A DNA stretch of 64,000 nt from an uncultured Chlamydiae bacterium (GCA_963713615.1 CAVQMM010000001.1:896001-960000); one strand, 5' to 3'. Positions 30,696 through 41,074 are shown, numbered from the stretch's first letter. Made by a program: numbers and translations. The notes: a model not told the origin generated them from the sequence alone.

Positions 30696-31457
30696 GACGT
30701 AATTGCAGAAGTCCGATTTCCCGAAGTCAATTTCCTGAAAATCGTATGCTGATGAAAAGAGAGCCATTCCCTTTCCAGGCCCGAAGGGTCGATATTGCAA
30801 CAGGCCAGGGCATCGCCCCATAGGCCTCAACCTAACAGGTCTTTTGAGCTTATATCTCAATGACTTAGGACTTCACAATCGTATCTCGGCGCGCAGCGCT
30901 TTGGAGTGCGGTCGCTTGCGACCGCTTTTCGTTCCTTGGGACGGCAATGCTAAACGGCATTGTATGGATTCGTCGAAGGCTGCATGTACTAACTATTTTA
31001 CCCTTAGGGAATTATAGTAATGCCGTTGCACACGACCGTCGCAAGGAACCCAAAGCGGTCGCAAGCGACCGCACTCCAAAGCGCTGCGCGCCGAGATACG
31101 ATTGTTAGGCTTAGGTTGAGGCCTATGGGGCATCGCCCTGGTATATTCCAGGAAGGGATTTCGCAGTCTGAAAGACTGCCATAAAGCGCTTGCATAAATA
31201 GCGTGTGAATACAGACGTCTTGTGGCAGTCTTTCAGACTGCGAAATCCCCCTTGGCATATACCAGGGCATCGCCGGGCGATGCCCCGGCCTGTTGCAATA
31301 TCGACCCTTCGGGCCTAGAAAGGGATAAAAGCCTGTCTCTCCAGACTAGATAGTGCCATGCCATTTGAGCTCTCCAGAATCGCCTTCTCGCATAAAAAGG
31401 TAACCTTTTTTTCTGAGAATCGATTCTCAAGGGCTCAAATAATTTTGCAATTACCTC
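30696..31457. mobile_element. Composite non-autonomous element: family A containing B, containing MITE C, containing D
   Basis: TIRs ga(c/g)gtaattgca / tgcaattacctc; internal long IR ggcccgaagggtcgatattgcaacaggcc. Confidence 0.8.
30819..31127. mobile_element. MITE C (IS4/IS231-like), 309 bp
   Basis: 17-bp TIR cataggcctcaacctaa; 11-bp TSD gggcatcgccc at 30808-30818 and 31128-31138. Confidence 0.8.
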
Positions 31458-31633
31458 TCATGGACGGTATGGACGAATCCAAAACACCCTCTATTGCAAC
31501 AATTTAACCTGACCTTTATTTAGCCTTTAAAGTTAATACTTAAAATTAAAGTTGATTAAAAAGAATTATCTTTGGTAAAATATATATCAAGTGATACAAT
31601 TAACATTGTTAAACTAATAAAGGTCTTAAAGCT

Positions 31634-32458
31634 ATGGCAGAGCCACAATATAAAGATACAATAGCTGATATAGCCGGTAATCCGGAACTTTATCGTGCTA
31701 CAGATTTCAGAAAGCTGTCATTGGAACAAGTCATTCGTCTCATGCAGTTGCATTACATGAAGACGGCCGAAGGCAAGATGAAGGATCTGGCACAAACGCT
31801 TAAAAAAGGGCACAGAGACGTACAAGAACTCCATAAACTCCAAGCCCTCATCAATGCATTGACTAATCAAGTAGAAGGCGAGACGCGTGGCACACTAGAC
31901 CTTACCCACACAAGCCTGAATGACAAGACCCATAAATATTTCGACCTAATACGTAAGATCAGGAGTGGGATCAAGACGACGGCTAGCGATAAAGATGGCA
32001 AGCATACCATCCTCGACCTAACAGATCCTAAAAACGCAGCCATCCGTGAAGAGCTAGCAAAGCTCCTAAATATCGAAGTCAAGGACTCCTATAATAGCGA
32101 GGAATGGCAGGGGCTCATTGAGAGTCTCGAAAAAGCAACCAATATCGATGACAAAACAATTCTAAAACAGGTCACAGATATTCACGAACTACGCGAGCGT
32201 CTCAAGGAAGCTAAAGACAAGTTTGGGATCGATTTTAAGCTTAAGGATGATGGCAAATATGACAGAGACGAACGCACTGCTCTGATGACTGCGGCCGAGA
32301 ATAGAGTCAAGGACTACAACTTAGACAATGACATGAACATGCATGATCTACAGCGCTTCTATCAGGAGCGTTTAGAAATATTACAGATGGCCCGTGGCCT
32401 ATTAAAAACACTACATGACGATAAAGTCCATAAGGCTCGATCAGCAGGATCGAAGTAA
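31634..32458 (+). CDS. Putative T3SS tip/filament protein, paralog 2
   Basis: Shares DTIA.IAGN, LSLEQ.IRLMQLH and YQERLEILQMAR....TLHDDK.HK.RS with 26597. Confidence 0.55.
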   Translation: MAEPQYKDTIADIAGNPELYRATDFRKLSLEQVIRLMQLHYMKTAEGKMKDLAQTLKKGHRDVQELHKLQALINALTNQVEGETRGTLDLTHTSLNDKTHKYFDLIRKIRSGIKTTASDKDGKHTILDLTDPKNAAIREELAKLLNIEVKDSYNSEEWQGLIESLEKATNIDDKTILKQVTDIHELRERLKEAKDKFGIDFKLKDDGKYDRDERTALMTAAENRVKDYNLDNDMNMHDLQRFYQERLEILQMARGLLKTLHDDKVHKARSAGSK

Positions 32459-32472
32459 CGGAGCATATTATA

Positions 32473-33960
32473 ATGAGCGTATCAAGAATCGAAGGCAATA
32501 CCCGGGCACAACAGTCCTGGCATGTAGACAAGACGGATGAGCTTCCCATCGGCAACCTGCCCAAGGGTGAAATAGAAAAAGTTCGTCCTGATATGACAAT
32601 GTATTTCACCGATACGATTGTCACCCATCCGGATACTACCCCGACCCAGGACAGCAATGACCTCGGGACCAGCAAATCCAAACAACACAATGTTGAGGAT
32701 TTTAACGCACAGTATTCTACGACGCAGCAGCCTACTTCCCCGCAGACAGGATGGAGTGCACGCGACAGCTACTCTAGCGCTAGGTTAGAGGATGCCACAT
32801 CTGGAGCGGAAAGGACCTCCACAGGCTTATTTGGCTGGATTGGTAATACCCTCAGCAATGCTGTTGAAACCGTCACGGATGCATTCAGTTCCGCAGCGAC
32901 AGCGGCTATTGAGGCAGCCCCTTCGTTCCATCCTGTAACAAACTTCGTCCAAAGTGGGATGATGGATCGGGTTGTTAATTTCGTCACAGGGCTATGGCAC
33001 ACAGAAAACTTGGCGGAGCGAGCTTTCAACAATCCCAATGTGGAAACAGTCGAAATCCCAACCATCAATCCCGATGGGACACGCAACCCCTTCGGCGGCC
33101 TCCGCATGACTCGCGATGACTACAAGGAGCTCCTGCGGTTTCACTCGGATACCAATGCCCTGTTAGACTACTTGGTGGAGCAAGGCGATGGCGGCAACGT
33201 AGAATTTCTGATGATGACCTTGATCAAAGCTCTGCAGGAAGATAAACGAGAAGACTTCGACTTCCTGCGCCAGAAGCTTATCCACACGAACAAGGAAAGA
33301 GATGTCTTCTCTAAACAGCGCACCGAAGAGTCTATGAAGCGGATCGAGCATATCAAGAATAACCGTTGGTATGAATGGTTCAATACAGCAGCAACCAACA
33401 CGGTGCTAGGCTTTAGCGGGGTCACCCTTGGTGCTGCCACAGGCCATTGGGGTTATGCTGCAGGCGCTCTTATGGTAACTGCCGGCTTAGGACTAGCAAA
33501 CTTGTATGCTGAACACTGGACCGAAAGAACGCTCGCCAGCGGTAGTGCCACAGCTTCCAATGCTATTTTCGGTAGCGACAACTATGATGAGTTGCATAAG
33601 ACGCACACCGATAGATGGAAAATGGCTCACTATGCAGGTATGGCTGTTGCGGCCCTATACAGTGGTTTGTATAACCGCGGTTCAATGGCTGAAGTAGGCC
33701 TGAAAATATTTTTGGGCGTCAGTAATATTAGCCAAACTATCAGTCAACTACGTCAACTGTACATCAGAGATAAGAGTGATCGAACCCAAGCGCAAATTAC
33801 ATTCTTAACCGATAACATACGTGAAAAAGAACGCGCTATTACTTCAACGATTAAAGATTTAGCAACAGCCTACTCACGTTATGCAGATGGCTGGAAAGAG
33901 GGCATGGCTAAGCTCAAAGCAGCCATGGAAGCCTCAAGACAATTTATGAGAAATAATTAA
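32473..33960 (+). CDS. Putative major translocator, paralog 2
   Basis: Shares NPDGT.NPFGG.R.TRDDY.ELLRF and IK.NRW..WF plus hydrophobic block with 27440. Confidence 0.6.
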   Translation: MSVSRIEGNTRAQQSWHVDKTDELPIGNLPKGEIEKVRPDMTMYFTDTIVTHPDTTPTQDSNDLGTSKSKQHNVEDFNAQYSTTQQPTSPQTGWSARDSYSSARLEDATSGAERTSTGLFGWIGNTLSNAVETVTDAFSSAATAAIEAAPSFHPVTNFVQSGMMDRVVNFVTGLWHTENLAERAFNNPNVETVEIPTINPDGTRNPFGGLRMTRDDYKELLRFHSDTNALLDYLVEQGDGGNVEFLMMTLIKALQEDKREDFDFLRQKLIHTNKERDVFSKQRTEESMKRIEHIKNNRWYEWFNTAATNTVLGFSGVTLGAATGHWGYAAGALMVTAGLGLANLYAEHWTERTLASGSATASNAIFGSDNYDELHKTHTDRWKMAHYAGMAVAALYSGLYNRGSMAEVGLKIFLGVSNISQTISQLRQLYIRDKSDRTQAQITFLTDNIREKERAITSTIKDLATAYSRYADGWKEGMAKLKAAMEASRQFMRNN

Positions 33961-33989
33961 ATTAAGACAGAAATACTAGGAGAAACAAA

Positions 33990-34649
33990 ATGGAAGCATT
34001 ATCCACATTGGGCAATAAGCTTGAGAATCTTCTCAGCGAAGCTCCAAATAAAAGCCCCTTGAACCTAATGACGTTCATTTTTAACATCAGCTTGCTAAAT
34101 AATCATGAAGGCAACAAGATTCGTCGACAAGACAACGAGAATAAGAAAATTCTTGGAATCGAACTTCGTGGTAAAATTAAGGACGCCTCCAACTGGTTCC
34201 ACTGGAGTAAGCCCCTGTTTGGTGACTTGCCGCTGATTGGTGGCTCTTCATTGCCCTATTGCCCGACAGTAAAAGGTCTAGAAGGCGGGTTTCAGATTGG
34301 CGGCGCAGTAATCAGCGGAGGCTTTCTGGGCTATGTGGCCAAACACAAGCTAACTAACGTGTTAACAGGCGGAAAAGCCGGAATAGCCCATGGGCTGGAC
34401 GAGGTCCACAAGCTCGTCCAAATGGGTCAGACAGCCCAGTCTGTCACGCAGCCAGTCGCTACCTGTTTCAAGGAGAGTGCAGAGACTGCTAAGGGCGATA
34501 TGCAGATGGAGAAACAGACTCTTGATAGCGATCGCGATAACGAGCGTCAAACGCTAAGTGCTCAGGAACAGGCCGGACAAGAAATTCGTCAGAAGATGCA
34601 AAGCATCGAAGACAAAGATGGTCAAGTCTTTGGCGAATTTGCCCGCTAA
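33990..34649 (+). CDS. Putative minor translocator, paralog 2
   Basis: Shares I.LR..IK and SDRDN..Q.LSA.EQ with 28917. Confidence 0.55.
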   Translation: MEALSTLGNKLENLLSEAPNKSPLNLMTFIFNISLLNNHEGNKIRRQDNENKKILGIELRGKIKDASNWFHWSKPLFGDLPLIGGSSLPYCPTVKGLEGGFQIGGAVISGGFLGYVAKHKLTNVLTGGKAGIAHGLDEVHKLVQMGQTAQSVTQPVATCFKESAETAKGDMQMEKQTLDSDRDNERQTLSAQEQAGQEIRQKMQSIEDKDGQVFGEFAR

Positions 34650-34659
34650 AACTCTACGT

Positions 34660-34692
34660 TGGTCATGGATGAGAACCCCTCATCCATGATCA
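34660..34692. terminator. Hairpin between convergent genes
   Basis: tcatggatgag-aaccc-ctcatccatga. Confidence 0.6.
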
Positions 34693-35835
34693 GTTTCTAT
34701 TTAAATAATTTCGGATTCCAACCACAAAGATCTTCTCGGATAGCTGATAATCGACCTCACCAGGGTAGATAACCTGTAGCTGATCCAGACCTAACTCCTC
34801 TACAGCCACCTGCATGGACTTGGTGAGCTTGGGCGCATCGGAATACTTGAACTCAAAAGCCTTTAGCTTACCATTCTGATGAATCAGCAAGTCAACCTCA
34901 GCTTCTCCATAAGTCGACCAGAAGTAACACTCCTCGGACCTGGCTCCTGCATGTCTGATGACCTCCTCCAACGCATAACCTTCCCAGGAGGCTCCTAGCT
35001 TAGGATGAATGACTAATTCTCCTCGTTCCTTTATTCCCAGAAGGGAATGCAGAATACCGCTATCGCGAAAATAGACTTTGGGAGCCTTGACTTGTCGTTT
35101 TTTACCGTTCTGATGCCAGGGCTGAAGCTGTCGCATCATGAAAGTTCCGGTCAATAGATCCAGATAACCACGCATCGTCACATCGGAAGCCCCAAAGGAG
35201 CGCCCCAGCTCTGAGGCATTGAACGTATTTCCATGGTAGTGTGCAAGCATACTCCAAAAACGCCGCAGCGCTACTGGAGGAATTTGAAGGCCAAGGTTGG
35301 GAATATCCTGCTCCAAGAAAGTGCGAATATAGAATTCTCTCCAGTCGAAGCTATCGCTGTCGGTCTCTGCCAAATAGGATCGTGGAAACCCACCCCTAAC
35401 CCACAGACGATCTAAATCACCAACTTCCCCAAAGGAAAACGGTGTGATTTCCAGGTAGGCTATTCTCCCTGCCAGGGTTTCGGACGACTGTCGGATCAGA
35501 TCTCGTGAAGCACTTCCCAGGATCAAGTACTGTTTGTTTTTTTCGTCTTGGTCAACAAGGACTCTCAAGGTCGTAAACAAATCCGGTATGCGCTGGATCT
35601 CATCAACAACAATAAGTCCAGACAATGACGTCAAAGCCAGCATGGGATTGACTAAACGCTCAGCATCGATAGGAGCCTCAAGATCAAAGTAATTGCTTCT
35701 GGGAAATTCAGCCTGTTCTTGACAATACATGCGCGCCAAAGTCGTCTTTCCACATTGTCTAGGACCAAGCATTGCCACTACGGGGTGCGTCCGAAAGTAA
35801 CGTCTGATTAGATCGATAAAATGTTTACGCTGCAT
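34690..35835 (-). CDS. AAA+ ATPase with DUF4143-type C-terminal domain
   Basis: GPRQCGKTT, DEIQR, LGSAS, ETLAGR, GGFP, PKVYFRDSG, EVDL...FEFK. Confidence 0.88.
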   Translation of the reverse strand: MQRKHFIDLIRRYFRTHPVVAMLGPRQCGKTTLARMYCQEQAEFPRSNYFDLEAPIDAERLVNPMLALTSLSGLIVVDEIQRIPDLFTTLRVLVDQDEKNKQYLILGSASRDLIRQSSETLAGRIAYLEITPFSFGEVGDLDRLWVRGGFPRSYLAETDSDSFDWREFYIRTFLEQDIPNLGLQIPPVALRRFWSMLAHYHGNTFNASELGRSFGASDVTMRGYLDLLTGTFMMRQLQPWHQNGKKRQVKAPKVYFRDSGILHSLLGIKERGELVIHPKLGASWEGYALEEVIRHAGARSEECYFWSTYGEAEVDLLIHQNGKLKAFEFKYSDAPKLTKSMQVAVEELGLDQLQVIYPGEVDYQLSEKIFVVGIRNYLNRN

Positions 35836-35910
35836 AGGCACCTTGCAAATTCGAAGTCAAGCTTAGAATATTCCAAATGAATGCAAATTAGCAAGGATTT
35901 AGGACTTGCA

Positions 35911-36143
35911 ACGGTTCGCTTTACTTTTTAGGAGTAACACGGATGAACACGGATCTAGGAGGATTTAGGAGGATCGGATGGCATATACGGTTCGTCAATC
36001 TAAAACAGTAAAATTGGTTTTTTAAGATGGAATGAACACAATTCATGTGGCTCTAATAAGCGAACCGTATATGCCATCCTATCCTCCTAAATCCTCCTAG
36101 ATCCGTGTGCATCCGTGTTAATCCTAAAAGCGACACGAACCGT
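35911..36143. repeat. Family F palindromic element
   Basis: acacggat.cacacggatctaggaggatttaggaggat arm and its inverse; three copies in window. Confidence 0.85.
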
Positions 36144-36146
36144 CTC

Positions 36147-36845
36147 CTAATTACGTCTCTGGTAGTACACCGTGGTTGTCCCCCAGGTGAAAGGGACATC
36201 GAAGGCATCTACCATTTCGAATAGGGGCTCATAGGTGTAGTCGTCCAAAGGATAACTGACCGTGATGACTTTGGTGTCTGTTGGCAAGGACTTCAATTTA
36301 TCGGTGAGCTTCATCAAAAAATTATCGCTAAGGCACGTCCCATAAAGATAGATCACTGTGGCGTCTGTAAAATCACTTTCCAAGAAGTCTTCGCAACGAA
36401 ATTCTATTTGCGGCATGGAAAACTTACGCACAATGGCCTGAGCTTTGCCACAGAAACGCGGGTTATATTCGATACCCACAACCCGGCACTTCACGAAGCT
36501 ATGCAGCCAGAAGCAGGAACGCCCTCGCCCACATCCCAACTCATAGACAAAGTCACGCGAGCTGATATCGCACTTTTTGGCTATGGTCTCCAAGGTTGTT
36601 AAGGGTGTTTCGCCATAGGTGTAGATGTTCTCTTCACCTTGTAAAAGTGAAAATCGACGACTCTCTGTGTAAGGATTATCAAAGAGATAGTTGGTGACCA
36701 ATGCTAGGTCAATCTTGCGAAATTCCGCATTTCCATAGTAGCGATAAACGGATTCAAGGTACTCCACAAGGCGTTGCCAACGCACATAGATACCCAAGCG
36801 CACCATTCCTAACCATTGCTTTAATCCGTCCAAAGCCATGGCCAT
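36147..36845 (-). CDS. Class I SAM-dependent methyltransferase
   Basis: YTYGETP, YELGCGRG, VGIE, EDF. Confidence 0.85.
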   Translation of the reverse strand: MAMALDGLKQWLGMVRLGIYVRWQRLVEYLESVYRYYGNAEFRKIDLALVTNYLFDNPYTESRRFSLLQGEENIYTYGETPLTTLETIAKKCDISSRDFVYELGCGRGRSCFWLHSFVKCRVVGIEYNPRFCGKAQAIVRKFSMPQIEFRCEDFLESDFTDATVIYLYGTCLSDNFLMKLTDKLKSLPTDTKVITVSYPLDDYTYEPLFEMVDAFDVPFTWGTTTVYYQRRN

Positions 36846-36850
36846 CCATC

Positions 36851-38338
36851 CTAGTACAAAAAGAAACCGTGCACCAACCAAGCAATCAACAAAAACATCA
36901 AAGTGGAACAGAGGTCATTAAAGGCCGTTACAAGCGGCCCAGCGGCCACCGCGGGATCGATTCCTAAACGCGCGAAGAAGAATGGGAAGAAAGCTCCTAG
37001 ACTGATCGCTGTTAGGCATGCCGTGAATACCCCTACACCTAAGGTAGCTCCCATAGCTAGGGGCTCTGTGCTACCGGCATGCACTCCAAAAAGACTCAAG
37101 ATCAATACCACCGACCAAGCTAAGACTCCGAAACCGGTTCCAATCGTTAAACCGATCATGAGTTCCTTCATTACGGCGCGATGCTTAATCCCCGCCGAGA
37201 GGTCTCCTGTTGACATCGATCGCACCAGAATGGAACTGCACTGAAGCCCAACATTGCCCGACATCCCATTAATCAATGGAACAAAAAACGGCACTACGCC
37301 GAGAAACCAGATTCGACCTGAAAAGTGCGCCAAGGCGGTTGCTGTGACTAAACCGGAGCAGAAAGTCACTACGAGCCATGGTGAACGGCTGAGAACACGT
37401 CGATAAATAGGTTCATTTTCGCTGTAGGCTTCTGCAGTACCAGCAATGCTAGCGATGGTTTCGTCGCCGATGTCTTCCATGGCTTCGACGACCACCTCAT
37501 AGGTAATCACTCCGAGCATCACGCCCTCGTCATTAACCACAGGCAGGGCGGGTATTTTGTAACGTTCGACAATATCGACAACTTCATCACGGGTTGTTTC
37601 GGGCTCGACCTTATGGAGAACAGGGCGCATGACCTGCCGCAGAGGCACATAGGAAGGATTGATAATCAAGTTGCGACCAGGCACATAACCGATCAGCACT
37701 CCGCTGTCATTGAGGACAAAGATGCGTCTTGTGAGGTCAATGCCAGGGTTATCACGAATGGCCTTGGCAACATCACCGATCGTAATATCCATGCGGAAGG
37801 CAAAAAACTCGTTGGTCATTAAGCGTGCGGCGCTATTCCGGTCCTGACGCAGCAGATCGCGGATGCGATAGGCCTTTTTCGAATCGAGCAACTCAAGAAC
37901 TCGACGAAGTCGGCGATCGGACATATCATCGAGAAGCCATACAGCTTCGTCTAGCGGCATGTGGTCGATCAGGCGTTTTATCTCACGATCATCAATAGCG
38001 CGAAAGATAGCGGCACGAGTGGCGCTATCCGTATTGATCATAAAGATGACTTTTGCATGCAGATCAGGAAGATTATCATAGACAACGTGACGCGTGTTAG
38101 GAGGTAGCCGCGAGCAGGCATAGGCTAGGTCGATGGGTTCATATTCGCTGGCTATTTTGGCTACGTCATGAATAAGAACCATTGACGTAGGCTTATGGAA
38201 GGCTTTTTCTAACTTCTCCATAAGAAGGTCATCGAGCATGCTGGTGCGCGAATCCATAAGGTTGCCGGCAACATGGCTCACCTCATCGTCGAACTCTTCT
38301 TCTGGAGCTAGGTCGGGATTATCTTCTGTATCCGCCAA
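36851..38338 (-). CDS. mgtE: Magnesium transporter MgtE
   Basis: N-domain, CBS pair, R.PWL, GMSGNVGLQ, IDPAVAAGPLVTAFND. Confidence 0.93.
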   Translation of the reverse strand: MADTEDNPDLAPEEEFDDEVSHVAGNLMDSRTSMLDDLLMEKLEKAFHKPTSMVLIHDVAKIASEYEPIDLAYACSRLPPNTRHVVYDNLPDLHAKVIFMINTDSATRAAIFRAIDDREIKRLIDHMPLDEAVWLLDDMSDRRLRRVLELLDSKKAYRIRDLLRQDRNSAARLMTNEFFAFRMDITIGDVAKAIRDNPGIDLTRRIFVLNDSGVLIGYVPGRNLIINPSYVPLRQVMRPVLHKVEPETTRDEVVDIVERYKIPALPVVNDEGVMLGVITYEVVVEAMEDIGDETIASIAGTAEAYSENEPIYRRVLSRSPWLVVTFCSGLVTATALAHFSGRIWFLGVVPFFVPLINGMSGNVGLQCSSILVRSMSTGDLSAGIKHRAVMKELMIGLTIGTGFGVLAWSVVLILSLFGVHAGSTEPLAMGATLGVGVFTACLTAISLGAFFPFFFARLGIDPAVAAGPLVTAFNDLCSTLMFLLIAWLVHGFFLY

Positions 38339-38435
38339 TGGTTATCTACTCCTGAATTAAGAAGCTACAAGCTACCTGGGCAAAAGCAGTGTAACCCCTT
38401 GGGCCTTATTGAAACAAGAAAAGAAAATTTAAGCA

Positions 38436-38649
38436 ACGGTTCGTGTGGTTTTTAGGAAGTAACACGGATGCACACAGATTTAGGAGGATTTAGGAGGATA
38501 GGATTAGGAATAGAACTTATATTTATCCATTCAATCCTAAAACCATTTTTACCGTTTTAGAATGGTGATTTGATTTTTTCCATCCTATCCTCCTAAATCC
38601 TCCTAGATCCGTGTGCATCCGTGCTACTCCTAAAAGTCACACAATCTGT
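38436..38649. repeat. Family F palindromic element
   Basis: Same arms as 35911-36143; overlaps stop codon of adjacent ORF. Confidence 0.85.
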
Positions 38650-39593
38650 ACAATGGTGCCGCCTGCAGCACAAAATCCCTGTAGCTTACGGCGAGTCAAA
38701 GGTCCTACGGCTGCTGAAATGACCACGAGCTCGTCAAGGCCATCCCATTCAGCTGTAAGAAACTCCTCGGCTATCACACGATACTTCTTGCCCTGTAGTC
38801 TTTCCAGAGCTTGGTCGATACCCCTATTGATAACAGCGTCATGCATGTCCGCTGCTGGAAGGCATAAACCTATAGACACATGCTCAGGAACGGGCAGCGT
38901 AGCGGCACGCCTTCCCAGGTAACCCAAAGGCGATGTGGCATCATCCCAAGACATAGCCAAAATCGACCCCGCATTGCCCTTCACACAGATCACAAAACGG
39001 TCCCAACATTCGCGATGTAACAGCTGCAGTCGGAGTCGCTCAAGTGTAATGGTCGATGCATCCATCAATAGGTAGGGCTGCAGATTTCCCGGCAATCCCG
39101 CAGTTACCGCTGACAAGTAACGTGAACAAACGTCGCGACAAAACAACTGAGTATTTGCGCTCCCTATACTCTGCAACACTTCACGTTGCTCCAGGTCCCA
39201 GGGAAATCGCTCGCTAAAGTCAACAGATCCACGATAGACAGCCATTCCTAACGTCTCATTGGCGAATTTAGGCCATACGATATCGGCAAAATGAGCCAAT
39301 GATAAGCGCAGTGCCTGCATCTGAGAAACGTCAGATAGGGGGAGTTGTAGACGCGAAAACAGGCCTAGGTCAAGATCCCACAGCAGCTTGAGCCCGGCCG
39401 CAACATACCTTTCCGCATCGGCCACCGCTTGATGCCAAGCGAGGTCGGAACGCATGGTTGCATCAAGATAGATACGCACTGCATTAAAGCCTTCAGGCAC
39501 GGATTCCCCAGGCCCCGCATCGAAAATTTTGGGGACAAAAGACTCGCCATAAAGAGAGTAATGGGGATAGTCAAAAGCGAGGGTATCGGTCAT
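38637..39593 (-). CDS. Hypothetical protein, translationally coupled to bshC
   Basis: 318-aa ORF with ATGA overlap at 39590-39593. Confidence 0.75.
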   Translation of the reverse strand: MTDTLAFDYPHYSLYGESFVPKIFDAGPGESVPEGFNAVRIYLDATMRSDLAWHQAVADAERYVAAGLKLLWDLDLGLFSRLQLPLSDVSQMQALRLSLAHFADIVWPKFANETLGMAVYRGSVDFSERFPWDLEQREVLQSIGSANTQLFCRDVCSRYLSAVTAGLPGNLQPYLLMDASTITLERLRLQLLHRECWDRFVICVKGNAGSILAMSWDDATSPLGYLGRRAATLPVPEHVSIGLCLPAADMHDAVINRGIDQALERLQGKKYRVIAEEFLTAEWDGLDELVVISAAVGPLTRRKLQGFCAAGGTIVQIV

Positions 39594-41074
39594 GGCTCAA
39601 TATCGAGGTAGTAATGTCCAATTTCTTGCCACTTTGCACATGAAAGCACCTCTTGAACCAGCGAAGAACGGCTGGTAGCCTGAAATGTCCACCAGGACAA
39701 AACACGTTCCTGACGTCTCTCCTGGGGTGATAGCATATTGTGTAGAAGATGCAAAGCATGATGAGGAAGGCCGAGGCTGTCTAGACGTTTCTGAATCGCC
39801 CGATCAATAACATGACGCGCAAACTCCTCAATTGTAGCATCCACATGCACATCGGAGCCAAAATGTACTTCAACCTGTTGCTGTACTTCTTCGGCCAGCT
39901 GCTCACCTAGCCCTTCAAAATCGGGCATCAGCTGGTTCCAGGTTGTCGGCAGCCGTTGCCAGGGTGTCATCCCTATGATATCTAGGATACGACGTGCCAG
40001 GGGCGTGATGAAGGTAGCCGAGACGCGTGGAACAACCCAGGTCATCGGCACATTATGAGCCTGGTGATACCCTAGCAGCTGACTATGATAGGCTAGTTCA
40101 GTGGGACCCGCAACGTAAGCCAGAACGGGCATAAGGGCATTCTGAACGATCGGACGCAGCGCAGCGCTAGGGCTAAAGCGCTCAGGATAGTCTTCTACTT
40201 CATTTAAGAGATCGCTTTCCGTGAATATCTGCTGATGAATGCGAAAAGCATTACCTTCGCGATGGACCTTGGTGCGGTGCCCATTAGCATCTTTATAAAA
40301 CAGATTCGGACCGGCAGAGACGTTAATGGGGGCATGCCCACCAGCATTCCATAGGCGCTTTGTTGTATCGCGCAAAATGGCTGCAAACTCATCACAGGCG
40401 GCTATTTCTTCCTGAAAAATCGGTCGAGTCAGTGGACGCAATAGGCGTGGTTCCAAAAACAGCAGCCCAGTGCCGGCAAAGGTTTCAATAAGGATCCGCA
40501 GCATCACATCAGCATAACGCTCACCAGGCTTTGGCAAAGGCATCGAAGGTTCAAAGGGACCCAGGGCATGCCAAAAAGCACGCATCACTTCAATATGTTG
40601 CGGCAGTAAAACCAGATCTTCGACAGAAGCGGCATTTTGAGGCCAATTGAGCTGATACCTCGCGAGGTTTCCATAGGCGTCAACCTGATAGGCGTGATTG
40701 ATCTCACTGATATCATGGTCATCAGTTGCTGCCCAAAAGATGGGGATAGCTCCAGTCTCACGAGCTAGCAAAAGGCAAGAAATAGCCTTTAAAAAGGTCA
40801 AGGCTGGTCCCCCCATCAGACCAAGCTGCTGTCCAGTAACCACACAATAGGAACCCGGTTCGCCCAGGCGACGAGCATTGGCCAAGGCGACGATATCGTT
40901 ACCTAAACTCAGGTTGAAGTCATAAAGTATCCTAGACAATGTTTCGCGGGGATAGGGACGCCCCTCTATCTGCCGGCGGCTTAAGATAAAGCCATTGGCA
41001 GTACGAGGAGGAATAGCCAGAAACTGCTCCAAAATAGGCTTTGAAGGAAGTTGGTCATGAACGCTGACCTTCAT
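39590..41074 (-). CDS. bshC: Bacillithiol biosynthesis BshC-like protein
   Basis: VVTGQQLGL.GGP, P.FWAATDDHD..EIN, FSPSA.LRP..Q, AYVAGP.E.AY..QL, QERV. Confidence 0.85.
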   Translation of the reverse strand: MKVSVHDQLPSKPILEQFLAIPPRTANGFILSRRQIEGRPYPRETLSRILYDFNLSLGNDIVALANARRLGEPGSYCVVTGQQLGLMGGPALTFLKAISCLLLARETGAIPIFWAATDDHDISEINHAYQVDAYGNLARYQLNWPQNAASVEDLVLLPQHIEVMRAFWHALGPFEPSMPLPKPGERYADVMLRILIETFAGTGLLFLEPRLLRPLTRPIFQEEIAACDEFAAILRDTTKRLWNAGGHAPINVSAGPNLFYKDANGHRTKVHREGNAFRIHQQIFTESDLLNEVEDYPERFSPSAALRPIVQNALMPVLAYVAGPTELAYHSQLLGYHQAHNVPMTWVVPRVSATFITPLARRILDIIGMTPWQRLPTTWNQLMPDFEGLGEQLAEEVQQQVEVHFGSDVHVDATIEEFARHVIDRAIQKRLDSLGLPHHALHLLHNMLSPQERRQERVLSWWTFQATSRSSLVQEVLSCAKWQEIGHYYLDIEP

